Shown here one piece after another: positions 19,434 through 27,828 of a stretch of 64,000 bases of DNA. The position numbers were made by a program, and so were the translations under genes. How positions within the stretch are numbered: position 1 is the first letter of the stretch; every line of letters begins with the position of its first letter. Where the stretch lies: the NCBI GenBank assembly GCA_008273105.1, contig GCA_008273105.1_4080.1; one strand, 5' to 3'. The stretch is from a phage. Below the pieces are notes generated by a model. It had not been told where the DNA came from. It saw only the letters and a program-made list of their open reading frames with translations, and did no database searches.

Positions 19434-19672
19434 GCATTTTTTCTTTTTCTTATATGTTTAGTTAAAAGGTATATTAGTTTTCTATTGTATTCTTCCTGAT
19501 AGTTTGTTCCTAATAGTGCAAGAAGTTTTGCTTCAACTAAAGCTAATTGACGTTCTTCAAATGTGTGTTCCAGTATGTACTTTGGGTTTGATTTTTTAGC
19601 GTAATCACTATTAGTTTTCATTACAATCTTATGATATTCATTAACTGTTAGGATTTTTAAATACTTGATCAT
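19430..19672 (-). CDS. family-B small protein
   Basis: ORF 80 aa; motif LLGTNYQEEYN. Confidence 0.55.
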   Translation of the reverse strand: MIKYLKILTVNEYHKIVMKTNSDYAKKSNPKYILEHTFEERQLALVEAKLLALLGTNYQEEYNRKLIYLLTKHIRKRKNA

Positions 19673-19892
19673 GTATCTTTTCCTTTATAGAGAATTTAAG
19701 ATATCGAAGCATACTTTCAATGTAATACTCTTGTCTGTCAGTGCCAAGAAAGTACATGAGTTGAATGTATAAAACTTCTGCACTCCTTTCCGCTGGAGAC
19801 TTGTTTGTGTCGTTTGGAAGTTGATTTGTATGTTTTCTTGATTTAATTAGTCGTTCTTTTAACTCATCGTCTGTTAAGTATTTCATTTGCAT
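19641..19892 (-). CDS. family-B small protein
   Basis: ORF 83 aa; motif FLGTDRQEYYI. Confidence 0.55.
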   Translation of the reverse strand: MQMKYLTDDELKERLIKSRKHTNQLPNDTNKSPAERSAEVLYIQLMYFLGTDRQEYYIESMLRYLKFSIKEKIHDQVFKNPNS

Positions 19893-20118
19893 TTACTTTT
19901 TCCTTAATAGTGATTTTAAGATATCTAATCATACGTGCAACATATTCCTCTTGTCTATCAGTTCCCAGAAGATATGGTAGTGATTGGAATAATACTTCTG
20001 CACTCCTTTCTGCTGGGGTTTGGTTTAGGTCAATTGGACGTTTATTGGTATATCTCTTGGCACGAACTAATCTCTCGACGTATTCATTATAGGTTAAGTA
20101 TATCATTTCATTTTGCAT
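19864..20118 (-). CDS. family-B small protein
   Basis: ORF 84 aa; motif LLGTDRQEEYV. Confidence 0.55.
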   Translation of the reverse strand: MQNEMIYLTYNEYVERLVRAKRYTNKRPIDLNQTPAERSAEVLFQSLPYLLGTDRQEEYVARMIRYLKITIKEKVNANEILNRR

Positions 20119-20338
20119 TAACTTTTTCCTTAATACTCATTATAAGATGTTCAATCATATTTTGAACCATAAATTCTTGTTTATCAGTTCCAAGAACGTA
20201 TGGTAGCTTCTGAAACAATACATTTGCAGATACTTCAGATATTGATTGATTTGGAACGAACTTAAGAGTAATGTTTTTGGTTTTTAACATCTTCTCTTGA
20301 AATTCTTCATTCGTTAAGTATATCATTTCATTTTGCAT
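20108..20338 (-). CDS. family-B small protein
   Basis: ORF 76 aa; motif VLGTDKQEFMV. Confidence 0.55.
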   Translation of the reverse strand: MQNEMIYLTNEEFQEKMLKTKNITLKFVPNQSISEVSANVLFQKLPYVLGTDKQEFMVQNMIEHLIMSIKEKVNAK

Positions 20339-20554
20339 TTACATTCTCTCATATATATTTTGGGTTAAAAGGTCAATCCAGATTTCCACATATCGTTGTT
20401 GGTGTTGCGTCCCTAACAGTACACCCAACTTAGCTTCACACTCTAATAACAATCTGGTTTTGTATGGTAGACTTTGGAATCCTATAGTAGCATCTAATTT
20501 GGTAATTGCATAGTTGATTCGGATGAATCTTTCTTGCAATGTGATGTTGATCAT
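20339..20554 (-). CDS. family-B small protein
   Basis: ORF 71 aa; motif LLGTQHQQRYV. Confidence 0.55.
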   Translation of the reverse strand: MINITLQERFIRINYAITKLDATIGFQSLPYKTRLLLECEAKLGVLLGTQHQQRYVEIWIDLLTQNIYERM

Positions 20555-20841
20555 TTCTTAGTACACCTCAGTGGTTGGGTCATTTGATGAAAGTACAGCT
20601 TACCTCTGATTTCCAGTAGTAACTCCGCGATTAAGCGATTTACTTCTGTATCTTGATAGTTTGTTCCTAAGAATACACCCATCTTTAACTCACGCATCAT
20701 AATCATTTTCTTACTGTGTTGAATTTCTGGGTTGTGATAGATTGTATTACGTTTGTGCGTAATTTTTGTCATACGCTCGGTATATTCATCTTTACTTAAA
20801 TTGATCATTTGCATGTTCATCAACCTCACATTTATTTTCAA
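20551..20841 (-). CDS. family-B small protein
   Basis: ORF 96 aa; motif FLGTNYQDTEV. Confidence 0.55.
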   Translation of the reverse strand: MKINVRLMNMQMINLSKDEYTERMTKITHKRNTIYHNPEIQHSKKMIMMRELKMGVFLGTNYQDTEVNRLIAELLLEIRGKLYFHQMTQPLRCTKK

Positions 20842-20843
20842 TA

Positions 20844-21110
20844 CTATTCTTTAGTTTGTAGATATAGTTTTCTTCCAATGTATCTCTTAAGTGCGATTAT
20901 GTATTCATCTACATAATACTCCTGATAGTTTGTTCCTATGAATGCACCCACCTTTAACTCAAGTTTCATAATCATCTTATTTCCGTGTTTAATGACTTCT
21001 CCGTGATGGATTTCATTAAGTCCAGGTGCAATTTTCACCAGGCGTTCTTTATATTTTGCTTGAGATAATTTAATCATTTTCATGTTAATTACCCTTACAT
21101 TTATTTTCAA
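20844..21110 (-). CDS. family-B small protein
   Basis: ORF 88 aa; motif FIGTNYQEYYV. Confidence 0.55.
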   Translation of the reverse strand: MKINVRVINMKMIKLSQAKYKERLVKIAPGLNEIHHGEVIKHGNKMIMKLELKVGAFIGTNYQEYYVDEYIIALKRYIGRKLYLQTKE

Positions 21111-21315
21111 TACTATTCATTAGTTCTCTAAGATAGTTTTTTACCTTACCTGCCTGATAGTTGGTCCCTAGAAAGTTGCATAACTCTGCTTCTATAATTT
21201 TGATTTTTCTGATATCAGGCTTCAATCTTTTGTTATTGAATATTTGAATCCTTATATCTCTGGATGCATTTAAACGTTTTTGATATTCATGGTAAGTTAA
21301 ATGAATCATTTTCAT
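21085..21315 (-). CDS. family-B small protein
   Basis: ORF 76 aa; motif FLGTNYQAGKV. Confidence 0.55.
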   Translation of the reverse strand: MKMIHLTYHEYQKRLNASRDIRIQIFNNKRLKPDIRKIKIIEAELCNFLGTNYQAGKVKNYLRELMNSIENKCKGN

Positions 21316-21530
21316 TTACGTTTAACCTCTCGCTGGAGGGCATCAATTAACATCAGTACAGCATTCTCTTGATAGTTTGTTCCTAAGACTGAAAGCATCT
21401 TTATCTCATTTACTAAAATCAACTTCTTTGAGGGTTCAATAATGTTACTATCATAAACGGCCTTACGTGCTGGATAAGTTTTCGCCAGTATAACATAAAA
21501 TTCGTCTTTACTTAAATTAATCATTTGCAT
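21312..21530 (-). CDS. family-B small protein
   Basis: ORF 72 aa; motif VLGTNYQENAV. Confidence 0.55.
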   Translation of the reverse strand: MQMINLSKDEFYVILAKTYPARKAVYDSNIIEPSKKLILVNEIKMLSVLGTNYQENAVLMLIDALQREVKRK

Positions 21531-21739
21531 TTACTTTTAACCTCTTTCTGTAGAGCGTCAATCCATAGATCTACATACATTTGTTGATAGTTTGTGCCTA
21601 AGAGTGCACCTACATAGAGTTCAGTTACTAGTGCGTGCTTAAGGTTAGCTTGGATGCTCTTATCGCTTGATATCATTCTCCTTCTGCTTCCACATGTTTT
21701 CAGGAGTCTGATGTATTCAAAGCCTTGTAAATTTCTCAT
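21521..21739 (-). CDS. family-B small protein
   Basis: ORF 72 aa; motif LLGTNYQQMYV. Confidence 0.55.
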   Translation of the reverse strand: MRNLQGFEYIRLLKTCGSRRRMISSDKSIQANLKHALVTELYVGALLGTNYQQMYVDLWIDALQKEVKSKCK

Positions 21740-21951
21740 ATTTTGGATACCACCTTGTTACGTAAGGAACTTAATAATACGTCAGTGTAGATGTTTTGAT
21801 AGTTTGTCCCTACGAATACACCCAACTTCATTTCAGCTATTATAACACATTTGTCCTCTTGTGCAATAGATTTGTTTAACACAATACTATACACTTTTGA
21901 TTTGATAGTTTGTAACCTCCAATGATACTGATACTCATTAAGAATTATCAT
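21736..21951 (-). CDS. family-B small protein
   Basis: ORF 71 aa; motif FVGTNYQNIYT. Confidence 0.55.
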   Translation of the reverse strand: MIILNEYQYHWRLQTIKSKVYSIVLNKSIAQEDKCVIIAEMKLGVFVGTNYQNIYTDVLLSSLRNKVVSKI

Positions 21952-22186
21952 TCTCTTTCCTCCAGATTTCGGTTCTCATGTGTTGGCAGTGTGCATCAAT
22001 ATATTGCTCTATCGATCTGGCGATTGCTGTTTTATCAGTGCCTGTCATCAGTACAAGCATCTCGGCCTCACAGTGAAGTAAACGCATGATATCATAGGGT
22101 AATATTTCAGATACCGTGTCATAGTGTTTCTGTGCCAGTGTCTGCAATAGTTTACAATACATTTTGTGATTTAGTCTTTGTCGCAT
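21938..22186 (-). CDS. family-B-like small protein (divergent)
   Basis: ORF 82 aa; degenerate motif LMTGTDKTAIA. Confidence 0.45.
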   Translation of the reverse strand: MRQRLNHKMYCKLLQTLAQKHYDTVSEILPYDIMRLLHCEAEMLVLMTGTDKTAIARSIEQYIDAHCQHMRTEIWRKENDNS

Positions 22187-22443
22187 TGTTTATTCCATTC
22201 TTTTTTGGCTCTCTGGGTTTTATATTGGATTTGGTTTCTTAATGCTGCCAAGTATCGTTGAATGAACAGATCTTGATAGTTTGTTCCAATGAATTTCATA
22301 AGATAAACATCACCGTTGATAACATCCACTTCAGGTGCACCATGTAATGCATTGTTTTTTCTAAGGGTGTTAATAAGAGAGAAGAGGGCAGTTTGATACT
22401 CAACTCCTGATAAAGTCTTCATGTTTTGCGAGCCAATATTCAT
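22171..22443 (-). CDS. family-B small protein
   Basis: ORF 90 aa; motif FIGTNYQDLFI. Confidence 0.55.
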   Translation of the reverse strand: MNIGSQNMKTLSGVEYQTALFSLINTLRKNNALHGAPEVDVINGDVYLMKFIGTNYQDLFIQRYLAALRNQIQYKTQRAKKEWNKQCDKD

Positions 22444-22663
22444 CTAGTTTATCCTGTATAACATTCATTAATTGATCGACAAATTCTTTGCAAAACTTAT
22501 CTTGATATTGAGTCCCCATAAAGTACAGCAACCATAGCTCATTAACTTTAGCTCGCATTTGGTTCCATGTAAGGGTGGGGTCATCGTAGATTACTCTTGC
22601 TTCTGGGGTGAGCTTTCGAATTCTAAGTGAATATTCATCTTGTGTTAAGTATTTCATTTGCAT
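22400..22663 (-). CDS. family-B small protein
   Basis: ORF 87 aa; motif FMGTQYQDKFC. Confidence 0.55.
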   Translation of the reverse strand: MQMKYLTQDEYSLRIRKLTPEARVIYDDPTLTWNQMRAKVNELWLLYFMGTQYQDKFCKEFVDQLMNVIQDKLDEYWLAKHEDFIRS

Positions 22664-22812
22664 TTGTCCATAATGTAATTCTTGAGTGCAACTATGTGTT
22701 CATGGATATAAAAATTCTGATGAGAAGTTCCAAGAAAGTACAGCATCCATCCCTCACTCTGCTCGACTTCTAGTTTAGTATCGAGTTGGTCAGATATGTT
22801 AATGAAAACCAT
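22657..22812 (-). CDS. family-B small protein (51 aa, below ORF-track cutoff)
   Basis: Manual translation MVFINISDQLDTKLEVEQSEGWMLYFLGTSHQNFYIHEH...; motif FLGTSHQNFYI. Confidence 0.5.
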
Positions 22813-23036
22813 TAGTTCTTTTCCTTTCTTTCTATTTGTTTCATAAGAACATTGATATACTCACCCGCAAACCTATTCTGATACTGCGTCCCCATGAATT
22901 CCAACATCCATACTTCAGCAACCTTTTCTTCAATTTCAGTTCATTGTAAGTACATCATAGTGAAGTAAATGGTGTTCTCTTTTTTTCTGGCACTCTTAGC
23001 ACGGGCCTCGTATTCAAAGTTATTAATGATGTTCAT
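22812..23036 (-). pseudogene. family-B member disrupted by frameshift
   Basis: ATG at 23036 gives MNIINNFEYEARAKSA... ending at in-frame TGA after 32 aa; family motif FMGTQYQNRFAGEYINVLMKQIERK continues in another frame to TAA at 22812. Confidence 0.45.
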
Positions 23037-23250
23037 TACATTTGTCCATTATGTAATTAGTGAGTGCAACTATGTGTGCAACAACATACTCTTCCTGAAA
23101 GTTCGTCCCCAGTACAGCCAACATGCGTACATCGGTGGTGTTTATCTTGTGTTCCAATCGAGTTAAACCTTTTATTTGTAAAAGGGTATCGTATTTGTTT
23201 AATGCATCAATGATAATTCTCATCTTCTCAATATTACTTAAATGTTTCAT
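23023..23250 (-). CDS. family-B small protein
   Basis: ORF 75 aa; motif VLGTNFQEEYV. Confidence 0.55.
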   Translation of the reverse strand: MKHLSNIEKMRIIIDALNKYDTLLQIKGLTRLEHKINTTDVRMLAVLGTNFQEEYVVAHIVALTNYIMDKCNEHH

Positions 23251-23459
23251 AGTTTACTCTTAATGTAGTTCTGAAGTTCAATTAAGTATTTCCCTACATA
23301 ATACTCCTGAAAGTCTGTATCCAAAAATGCACCCATAAGTAAATCCTTCTCCATTGCCCTTGATAAGTTAAGGTCTGCATTTGAAAGGTATATAAGTAAT
23401 ATTTCAGTCTGGACAGAATTGAAACGTTTCTTATATTCTTCTGGTGTTAATATAATCAT
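23247..23459 (-). CDS. family-B small protein
   Basis: ORF 70 aa; motif FLDTDFQEYYV. Confidence 0.55.
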   Translation of the reverse strand: MIILTPEEYKKRFNSVQTEILLIYLSNADLNLSRAMEKDLLMGAFLDTDFQEYYVGKYLIELQNYIKSKL

Positions 23460-23671
23460 AATTTGATCCTGATGTATTTCTCAAGAGATGACAAATACTT
23501 TTCCTCATAATACTCCTGATAGTCTGTTCCCAAGAATGCACCCAAAAGTATTTCATTTTCCAATACCTCGGCTAAGTTTAAATCAGAAGTCTCTTCGTAT
23601 ATTATGAGGATTTCAAGTTGTCTGGCAGCGATGCGTTTAGTATATTGATATGAGTTTTCTATAATAATCAT
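23456..23671 (-). CDS. family-B small protein
   Basis: ORF 71 aa; motif FLGTDYQEYYE. Confidence 0.55.
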   Translation of the reverse strand: MIIIENSYQYTKRIAARQLEILIIYEETSDLNLAEVLENEILLGAFLGTDYQEYYEEKYLSSLEKYIRIKL

Positions 23672-23877
23672 AGTTTACTCTTTATATCTTGAATTAAAAA
23701 TCGAATCCATTCTTCAACATAATCTTCCTGATGGTTTGTGTTCAGTACAGCCAACATGCGGATCTCTGCTCTTGCAACTTCAATTTCAGTTTTAGGCAGG
23801 TCTTTGCTGATATCCACCATTAAGTCCATGTATTTCAAGATAAGACCGTATGATTGGGTTCGTGTTATAGTTTTCAT
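23668..23877 (-). CDS. family-B small protein
   Basis: ORF 69 aa; motif VLNTNHQEDYV. Confidence 0.55.
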   Translation of the reverse strand: MKTITRTQSYGLILKYMDLMVDISKDLPKTEIEVARAEIRMLAVLNTNHQEDYVEEWIRFLIQDIKSKL

Positions 23878-24074
23878 TGTTTCCTCGTGGACAATATTTT
23901 ATTTTTCAATGTATCCATATATTGCCACACCCATCTACCCTGATAGTTTGTTCCCAATGTAATCAAAAGGTATAACTCCATTCGTTCTACGTGTGTGTCT
24001 GTATTATAAATCTTTGTGAAGTTTTTACGTAACAGTGATTGATATTCTTCTTTATTTAAAATACGCATTTTCAT
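23874..24074 (-). CDS. family-B small protein
   Basis: ORF 66 aa; motif TLGTNYQGRWV. Confidence 0.55.
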   Translation of the reverse strand: MKMRILNKEEYQSLLRKNFTKIYNTDTHVERMELYLLITLGTNYQGRWVWQYMDTLKNKILSTRKQ

Positions 24075-24268
24075 AGTTTACTCGTTATATCTTCAATTAA
24101 ATACCAAATCCAATCGTTGACATACCTTTCCTGAAAGTTAGTTCCAATGAATAGTGCCATAATTAATTCACGCTTATAGGCAATACCACGGTCATGTGAC
24201 TTATACATTATCATAGCCATGTTATTGATAAGTCTTTCGTGGTGTTCTGCTTGAGTTAAAATACGCAT
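24071..24268 (-). CDS. family-B small protein (first gene of array)
   Basis: Motif FIGTNFQERYV; start set at MRILTQ preceded by AAGGGAG; promoter-like TTGACT...TAAAAT upstream. Confidence 0.5.
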   Translation of the reverse strand: MRILTQAEHHERLINNMAMIMYKSHDRGIAYKRELIMALFIGTNFQERYVNDWIWYLIEDITSKL

Positions 24269-24517
24269 AGGGACTCCCTTGAAAATAATATCAATCATAT
24301 TTTATACGATTCATATAAAAAGTCAATAACATTTTATTCGTAATACCCCTTTATCGAAGTCGCTAAGGTTACCCGCCCTTTAGCCCCCTACGCATTTTGC
24401 CATAGTCCAATCCCTTTTATTTCAAAAAAGTCAAGGGATTACCTATGCATTTTTTTAACGCATAATTTTAAAAACGCCTTGACTTTTTTCTGAATCAGTA
24501 CTAGATCCCTTTACGCA

Positions 24518-24727
24518 TTAATCCTTCGTTACGCTAACGATTATCTGTGTATCCCCGTAGTCCTGCCATACTTCCACGCCATCGGTCGCCCTGGTTAGTC
24601 GTGCTGTCATCTGCTTAATGGTCTTAGGCTTTAGTGGAACCTGTTGCAGTACTGTACGCATAGCATCATTGACGTTATCATGTACGCCTGCAATAGTACC
24701 TAGAACGCTGTATACTGTATAGAACAT
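24518..24727 (-). CDS. hypothetical early protein
   Basis: ORF 69 aa; AGGAGGG SD 7 nt upstream of ATG. Confidence 0.55.
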   Translation of the reverse strand: MFYTVYSVLGTIAGVHDNVNDAMRTVLQQVPLKPKTIKQMTARLTRATDGVEVWQDYGDTQIIVSVTKD

Positions 24728-24795
24728 ATGTATGCCCTCCTGATATAGTTAAGGCCGCTACAAGGCGGCCTATGATGTTTGGTGATGTGTAACGC

Positions 24796-25197
24796 TTACA
24801 GTCCTAAGATAGTGCGTGCTTCGTTACGTTCCGTACACAGCTGCATGATGTGAGCAAGTAAGTCCTTGCTAATGTATCCGGTGTTCATAGCTTCACGAAT
24901 AGATACATCATAAGCACCGAACCCCGTGCGAACGATACGCACATCATTCAGGTTAGTATTATAGATACCGCCGAGATCAACGGCTTCGAATACTACATCA
25001 ACAGAATATTCATTGTTGCCATCGTGGAAGTTTTCCAGTGCAATAGTATTGGATACCGCCCAACGTTTGCAGTTTCCAATGATGCGGCACTGTTCCGGTT
25101 GGATAGTACCATTACTTACAGCGTACTCCAGTGCATCTTTACCGAAAGTCCGAGCCAGTACTAAAACGTCAGCGAAGGAATTGATTGAGAAGGTCAT
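24796..25197 (-). CDS. hypothetical early protein
   Basis: Start set at MTFSINSF after AAGGAG; six-frame N-terminal extension MVLPPKLRSFI is the translated 5'-UTR hairpin. Confidence 0.55.
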   Translation of the reverse strand: MTFSINSFADVLVLARTFGKDALEYAVSNGTIQPEQCRIIGNCKRWAVSNTIALENFHDGNNEYSVDVVFEAVDLGGIYNTNLNDVRIVRTGFGAYDVSIREAMNTGYISKDLLAHIMQLCTERNEARTILGL

Positions 25198-25250
25198 GAT
25201 AAAACTCCTTAATTTAGGAGGGAGAACCATTTCCCCCTCTCTATGTAAAA

Positions 25251-25278
25251 CATTATACTTGATTCTAAGTACTATGCA
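25251..25278 (-). promoter_or_regulatory. sigma70-type early promoter (TTGCAT-N16-TATAAT)
   Basis: Minus strand: aaaaagtac TTGCAT ... TATAAT gttttacat, followed by GC hairpin and SD. Confidence 0.6.
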
Positions 25279-25286
25279 AGTACTTT

Positions 25287-25619
25287 TTACATTTTAATAC
25301 CTGGATTCAGGTAGCGGTGAGATCCATATTCTGGATCGGTTTCGGTCCAGTACTGTAAATCGATAGTACCTTTCGCGTTAATCTTGTCTACCAGCTTATT
25401 CATCTTAGTGTATACTACGTCAGCATCGATGCGTTTAAAGCCAGTAGCTTTAGTGAAGTAGTAGTGATTTGCTTCACTATCATTAAGGATATACCGAGCA
25501 CCGTTTGCAGTCTGTGCGATAATGATTGAGTATTCTACTTCCCGATCCAGACCGTCGATGAATACAGATGAAACATTGGTACGGATGAAAGCTTTAACGA
25601 TAGCGATTGAAGTACTCAT
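25287..25619 (-). CDS. hypothetical early protein
   Basis: ORF 110 aa; AGGAG SD; TTGACA-N17 promoter upstream. Confidence 0.55.
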   Translation of the reverse strand: MSTSIAIVKAFIRTNVSSVFIDGLDREVEYSIIIAQTANGARYILNDSEANHYYFTKATGFKRIDADVVYTKMNKLVDKINAKGTIDLQYWTETDPEYGSHRYLNPGIKM

Positions 25620-25825
25620 TTTGAATCTCCTAACTTTGTGGGCCGTCGCACCATTGCCGCCCTACGAGATACATTATTGCAGTACTGATATACTTTGTCA
25701 ATACTTTTTTTATTAATAGTTTTCACTTCACCAGCAGATAGTTACTCACCGTTATTAACTATATATTTTGGATACACTTATGCACCCTGTGGGCTAGTTT
25801 TTGTCTATGCGTATATAATAGCAAA

Positions 25826-25858
25826 GGAACTGACCGGAGTCAATCCCTTTTTTATTCT
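25826..25858 (-). terminator. intrinsic terminator hairpin (in repeated intergenic module)
   Basis: ggaactgaccggagtcaatccc hairpin with flanking A/T runs immediately downstream of gene 25861..26118; overlaps a TTGACT -35-like hexamer. Confidence 0.45.
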
Positions 25859-25860
25859 TT

Positions 25861-26118
25861 TTATGAAATATCTTCGATGTAGTCGGCCCATTTCATTTTT
25901 TCAGTACTGTCAATGGCTACCGGATTATTTGGATCAAACCATTCACCATTCCCGCAATACATACCCACGGCAACGGTTTTATAGCCATCCTGTGCAGTAC
26001 TCCACGACATAGCACGATAGATATGGCCTTTAACTGGTTGCAGTACTGGTAATGTTTTATGGTCTTCTACGTAGGCCATAGCTTGAGGATTTACCCGATA
26101 TTGTGTGAACTGTTCCAT
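25861..26118 (-). CDS. hypothetical early protein
   Basis: ORF 85 aa; AGGGGA SD. Confidence 0.55.
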   Translation of the reverse strand: MEQFTQYRVNPQAMAYVEDHKTLPVLQPVKGHIYRAMSWSTAQDGYKTVAVGMYCGNGEWFDPNNPVAIDSTEKMKWADYIEDIS

Positions 26119-26194
26119 TATGTTTCCCCTTGTAGTTAGTAAAGTTATTACATCAGTACTATCAAGCTATGTCAATAGTACTGAAATAAAACTT

Positions 26195-26419
26195 TTAGAT
26201 TAGATTATTGATGCCGTTGATGGTAGACTCGCTTTCTTCTTTCTCCCATTGGCGGTAGTACTTCCATGCTTCATGATATGTGGCGATTAGTTCATCTTTT
26301 TGATCCTGAGTACATGCCAGTACTGAATCACGATGAGCGGTGTTATAGATAGAATCGAATGATTTCTTCTCTTCTGCCAGGTTAGCTACTTCCCGCATTA
26401 GTTCATCAAAGTTAGCCAT
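26195..26419 (-). CDS. hypothetical early protein
   Basis: ORF 74 aa (MANFDEL...); AAGGAG SD; 5'-UTR hairpin gggggaggatatctccccc. Confidence 0.6.
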   Translation of the reverse strand: MANFDELMREVANLAEEKKSFDSIYNTAHRDSVLACTQDQKDELIATYHEAWKYYRQWEKEESESTINGINNLI

Positions 26420-26466
26420 TTTATTACTCCTTTTAGTGGGGGAGGATATCTCCCCCTATGCAAAAC

Positions 26467-26494
26467 ATTATACTTTGTTTTAGTTATTATGCAA
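26467..26494 (-). promoter_or_regulatory. sigma70-type early promoter (TTGCAT-N16-TATAAT)
   Basis: Minus strand TTGCAT aataactaaaacaaag TATAAT, then UTR hairpin 26438-26456. Confidence 0.6.
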
Positions 26495-26750
26495 GTACTT
26501 TTTTCATATAAAGATTATATTCTACACCGCCGTAACCTTCTACGATGATATGTTTTGCGTTATCACGTTTGCACATAGTGAAACCGTTGTTGATGTGTTC
26601 TGCATTTTCCAGGGCGACATCACCGATAGCGGCACATACGGCACTAATAACAGTATTCCGCAAAGTACTGGTATCATTAGCGGTCATAGTAGTTTGCAGT
26701 ACTACGTTGTCGTATACGTGTGCATTGATAGTGATTTCGATAGTGTTCAT
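26487..26750 (-). CDS. hypothetical early protein
   Basis: ORF 87 aa; AGGAG SD. Confidence 0.55.
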   Translation of the reverse strand: MNTIEITINAHVYDNVVLQTTMTANDTSTLRNTVISAVCAAIGDVALENAEHINNGFTMCKRDNAKHIIVEGYGGVEYNLYMKKVLA

Positions 26751-26836
26751 GGTGTATCTCCTGGACTGGCGGGAGAACTATTCCCCCGCTCTATGTAAAA
26801 CATTATACGTTAATCTAACTACAATGCAAGTACTTT

Positions 26837-27028
26837 TTAAATTTTATTTCCGATATAGTCCGGTCTATTCTTTTCGGTCATACGCTTTGCTAATGTTTGC
26901 ATATGGCTTATTGCGTTTAATGTGTCTTCCTCCAGGGATGAATCAACATAATCAGGATCATTCTTCACCTTGCAATGATTATGATAGCGTAGTACTGCCA
27001 GTACTTTTTTAACTTCTTCTACTGTCAT
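26837..27028 (-). CDS. hypothetical early protein
   Basis: ORF 63 aa; ATGA overlap with upstream gene (coupled). Confidence 0.5.
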   Translation of the reverse strand: MTVEEVKKVLAVLRYHNHCKVKNDPDYVDSSLEEDTLNAISHMQTLAKRMTEKNRPDYIGNKI

Positions 27029-27297
27029 AATAAGTACCCCACTTCGTTAGCTTTCAGGTTAGTATCAATCATCAGTGGATTTTTGTAGTTCACAAAACGA
27101 TTAGTTTTCTCGATAGCGAATCCCATATAATCCAGCTTACTAACAGTACATTCATTCTTAAAAACTTCTTTCGCTGCATCGATGGCTGATTGCATGGATA
27201 ACCGACCATCTAAATTAATGTTTCCAAATGATCCACCAGCAGAAGTAGGATTACCGTTCATATCTTTAATGATCATAGTAGCGGAGTAGCTGGACAT
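27025..27297 (-). CDS. hypothetical early protein
   Basis: ORF 90 aa; AGGAA SD; hairpin ggggagaactattctcccc in 5' UTR. Confidence 0.55.
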   Translation of the reverse strand: MSSYSATMIIKDMNGNPTSAGGSFGNINLDGRLSMQSAIDAAKEVFKNECTVSKLDYMGFAIEKTNRFVNYKNPLMIDTNLKANEVGYLL

Positions 27298-27381
27298 AAT
27301 TTTGTTTCCTTTTAGTATCGGGGAGAACTATTCTCCCCTTGATGTAAACTATTATACAGTACTGATATACTTTGTCAATAC

Positions 27382-27603
27382 TTAATTACGTTTAAAATGA
27401 TATGTGCCTTTATCATCCTGTACGCCCCATACTGATTTACCATCAACACCAGTGAAACCGGATTGTAATTCAATATGGAAACCATTATTATCAACTACAA
27501 AAACTTTTTTATTTTCATCCCGATAACATTGATATTCTGAATCAACATTAAAGGCCGCATCATTCAGAAGATTGGAAGCGTAAATGCAAGTCATTGTAGT
27601 CAT
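27382..27603 (-). CDS. hypothetical early protein
   Basis: Start set at MTTMTCIY after AAGGAA; upstream extension is translated UTR hairpin. Confidence 0.5.
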   Translation of the reverse strand: MTTMTCIYASNLLNDAAFNVDSEYQCYRDENKKVFVVDNNGFHIELQSGFTGVDGKSVWGVQDDKGTYHFKRN

Positions 27604-27657
27604 GATTTTATTCCTTATTCTTTGAGGGAGAACCATTTCCCCCTCTCGATATAAAAC

Positions 27658-27685
27658 ATTATACTTGATTCTAAGTACAATGCAA
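27658..27685 (-). promoter_or_regulatory. sigma70-type early promoter (TTGCAT-N16-TATAAT)
   Basis: Minus strand TTGCAT tgtacttagaatcaag TATAAT. Confidence 0.6.
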
Positions 27686-27779
27686 GTACTTTTTAAAAAA
27701 TAGTTTTCAGTACTGAATACTTATATAATAGATACATTTATGCACCCTGTGGGTCAGTGAGCTATCTCTCAATGAATAT

Positions 27780-27828
27780 ATAATAGCAAAGGGACTGACC
27801 GAAGTCAATCCCTTTTTTAATCTTTTTT
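27780..27828 (-). terminator. terminator hairpin overlapping a promoter-like TTGACT-N17-TATTAT element
   Basis: gggactgaccgaagtcaatccc hairpin with A/T flanks just downstream of kinase-like gene; same module at 25.8, 30.7 and 34.4 kb. Confidence 0.45.

Noticed and set aside
25826-25847. gggactgaccggagtcaatccc hairpin as a plus-strand intrinsic terminator of a plus-strand gene
   Set aside because: No credible plus-strand gene precedes it; it lies immediately downstream of minus-strand genes and overlaps a minus-strand -35-like hexamer, so it is treated as a minus-strand or bidirectional terminator within a repeated module.
26545-27012. Plus-strand ORFs in the 0-49 kb region (e.g. 3093..3287, 6817..7269, 26545..27012, 36227..36709, 37216..37665, 43093..43392)
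   Set aside because: All lie antisense to minus-strand genes with promoters, SDs and family motifs, lack their own SD, and have low-complexity translations typical of AT-rich antisense frames.
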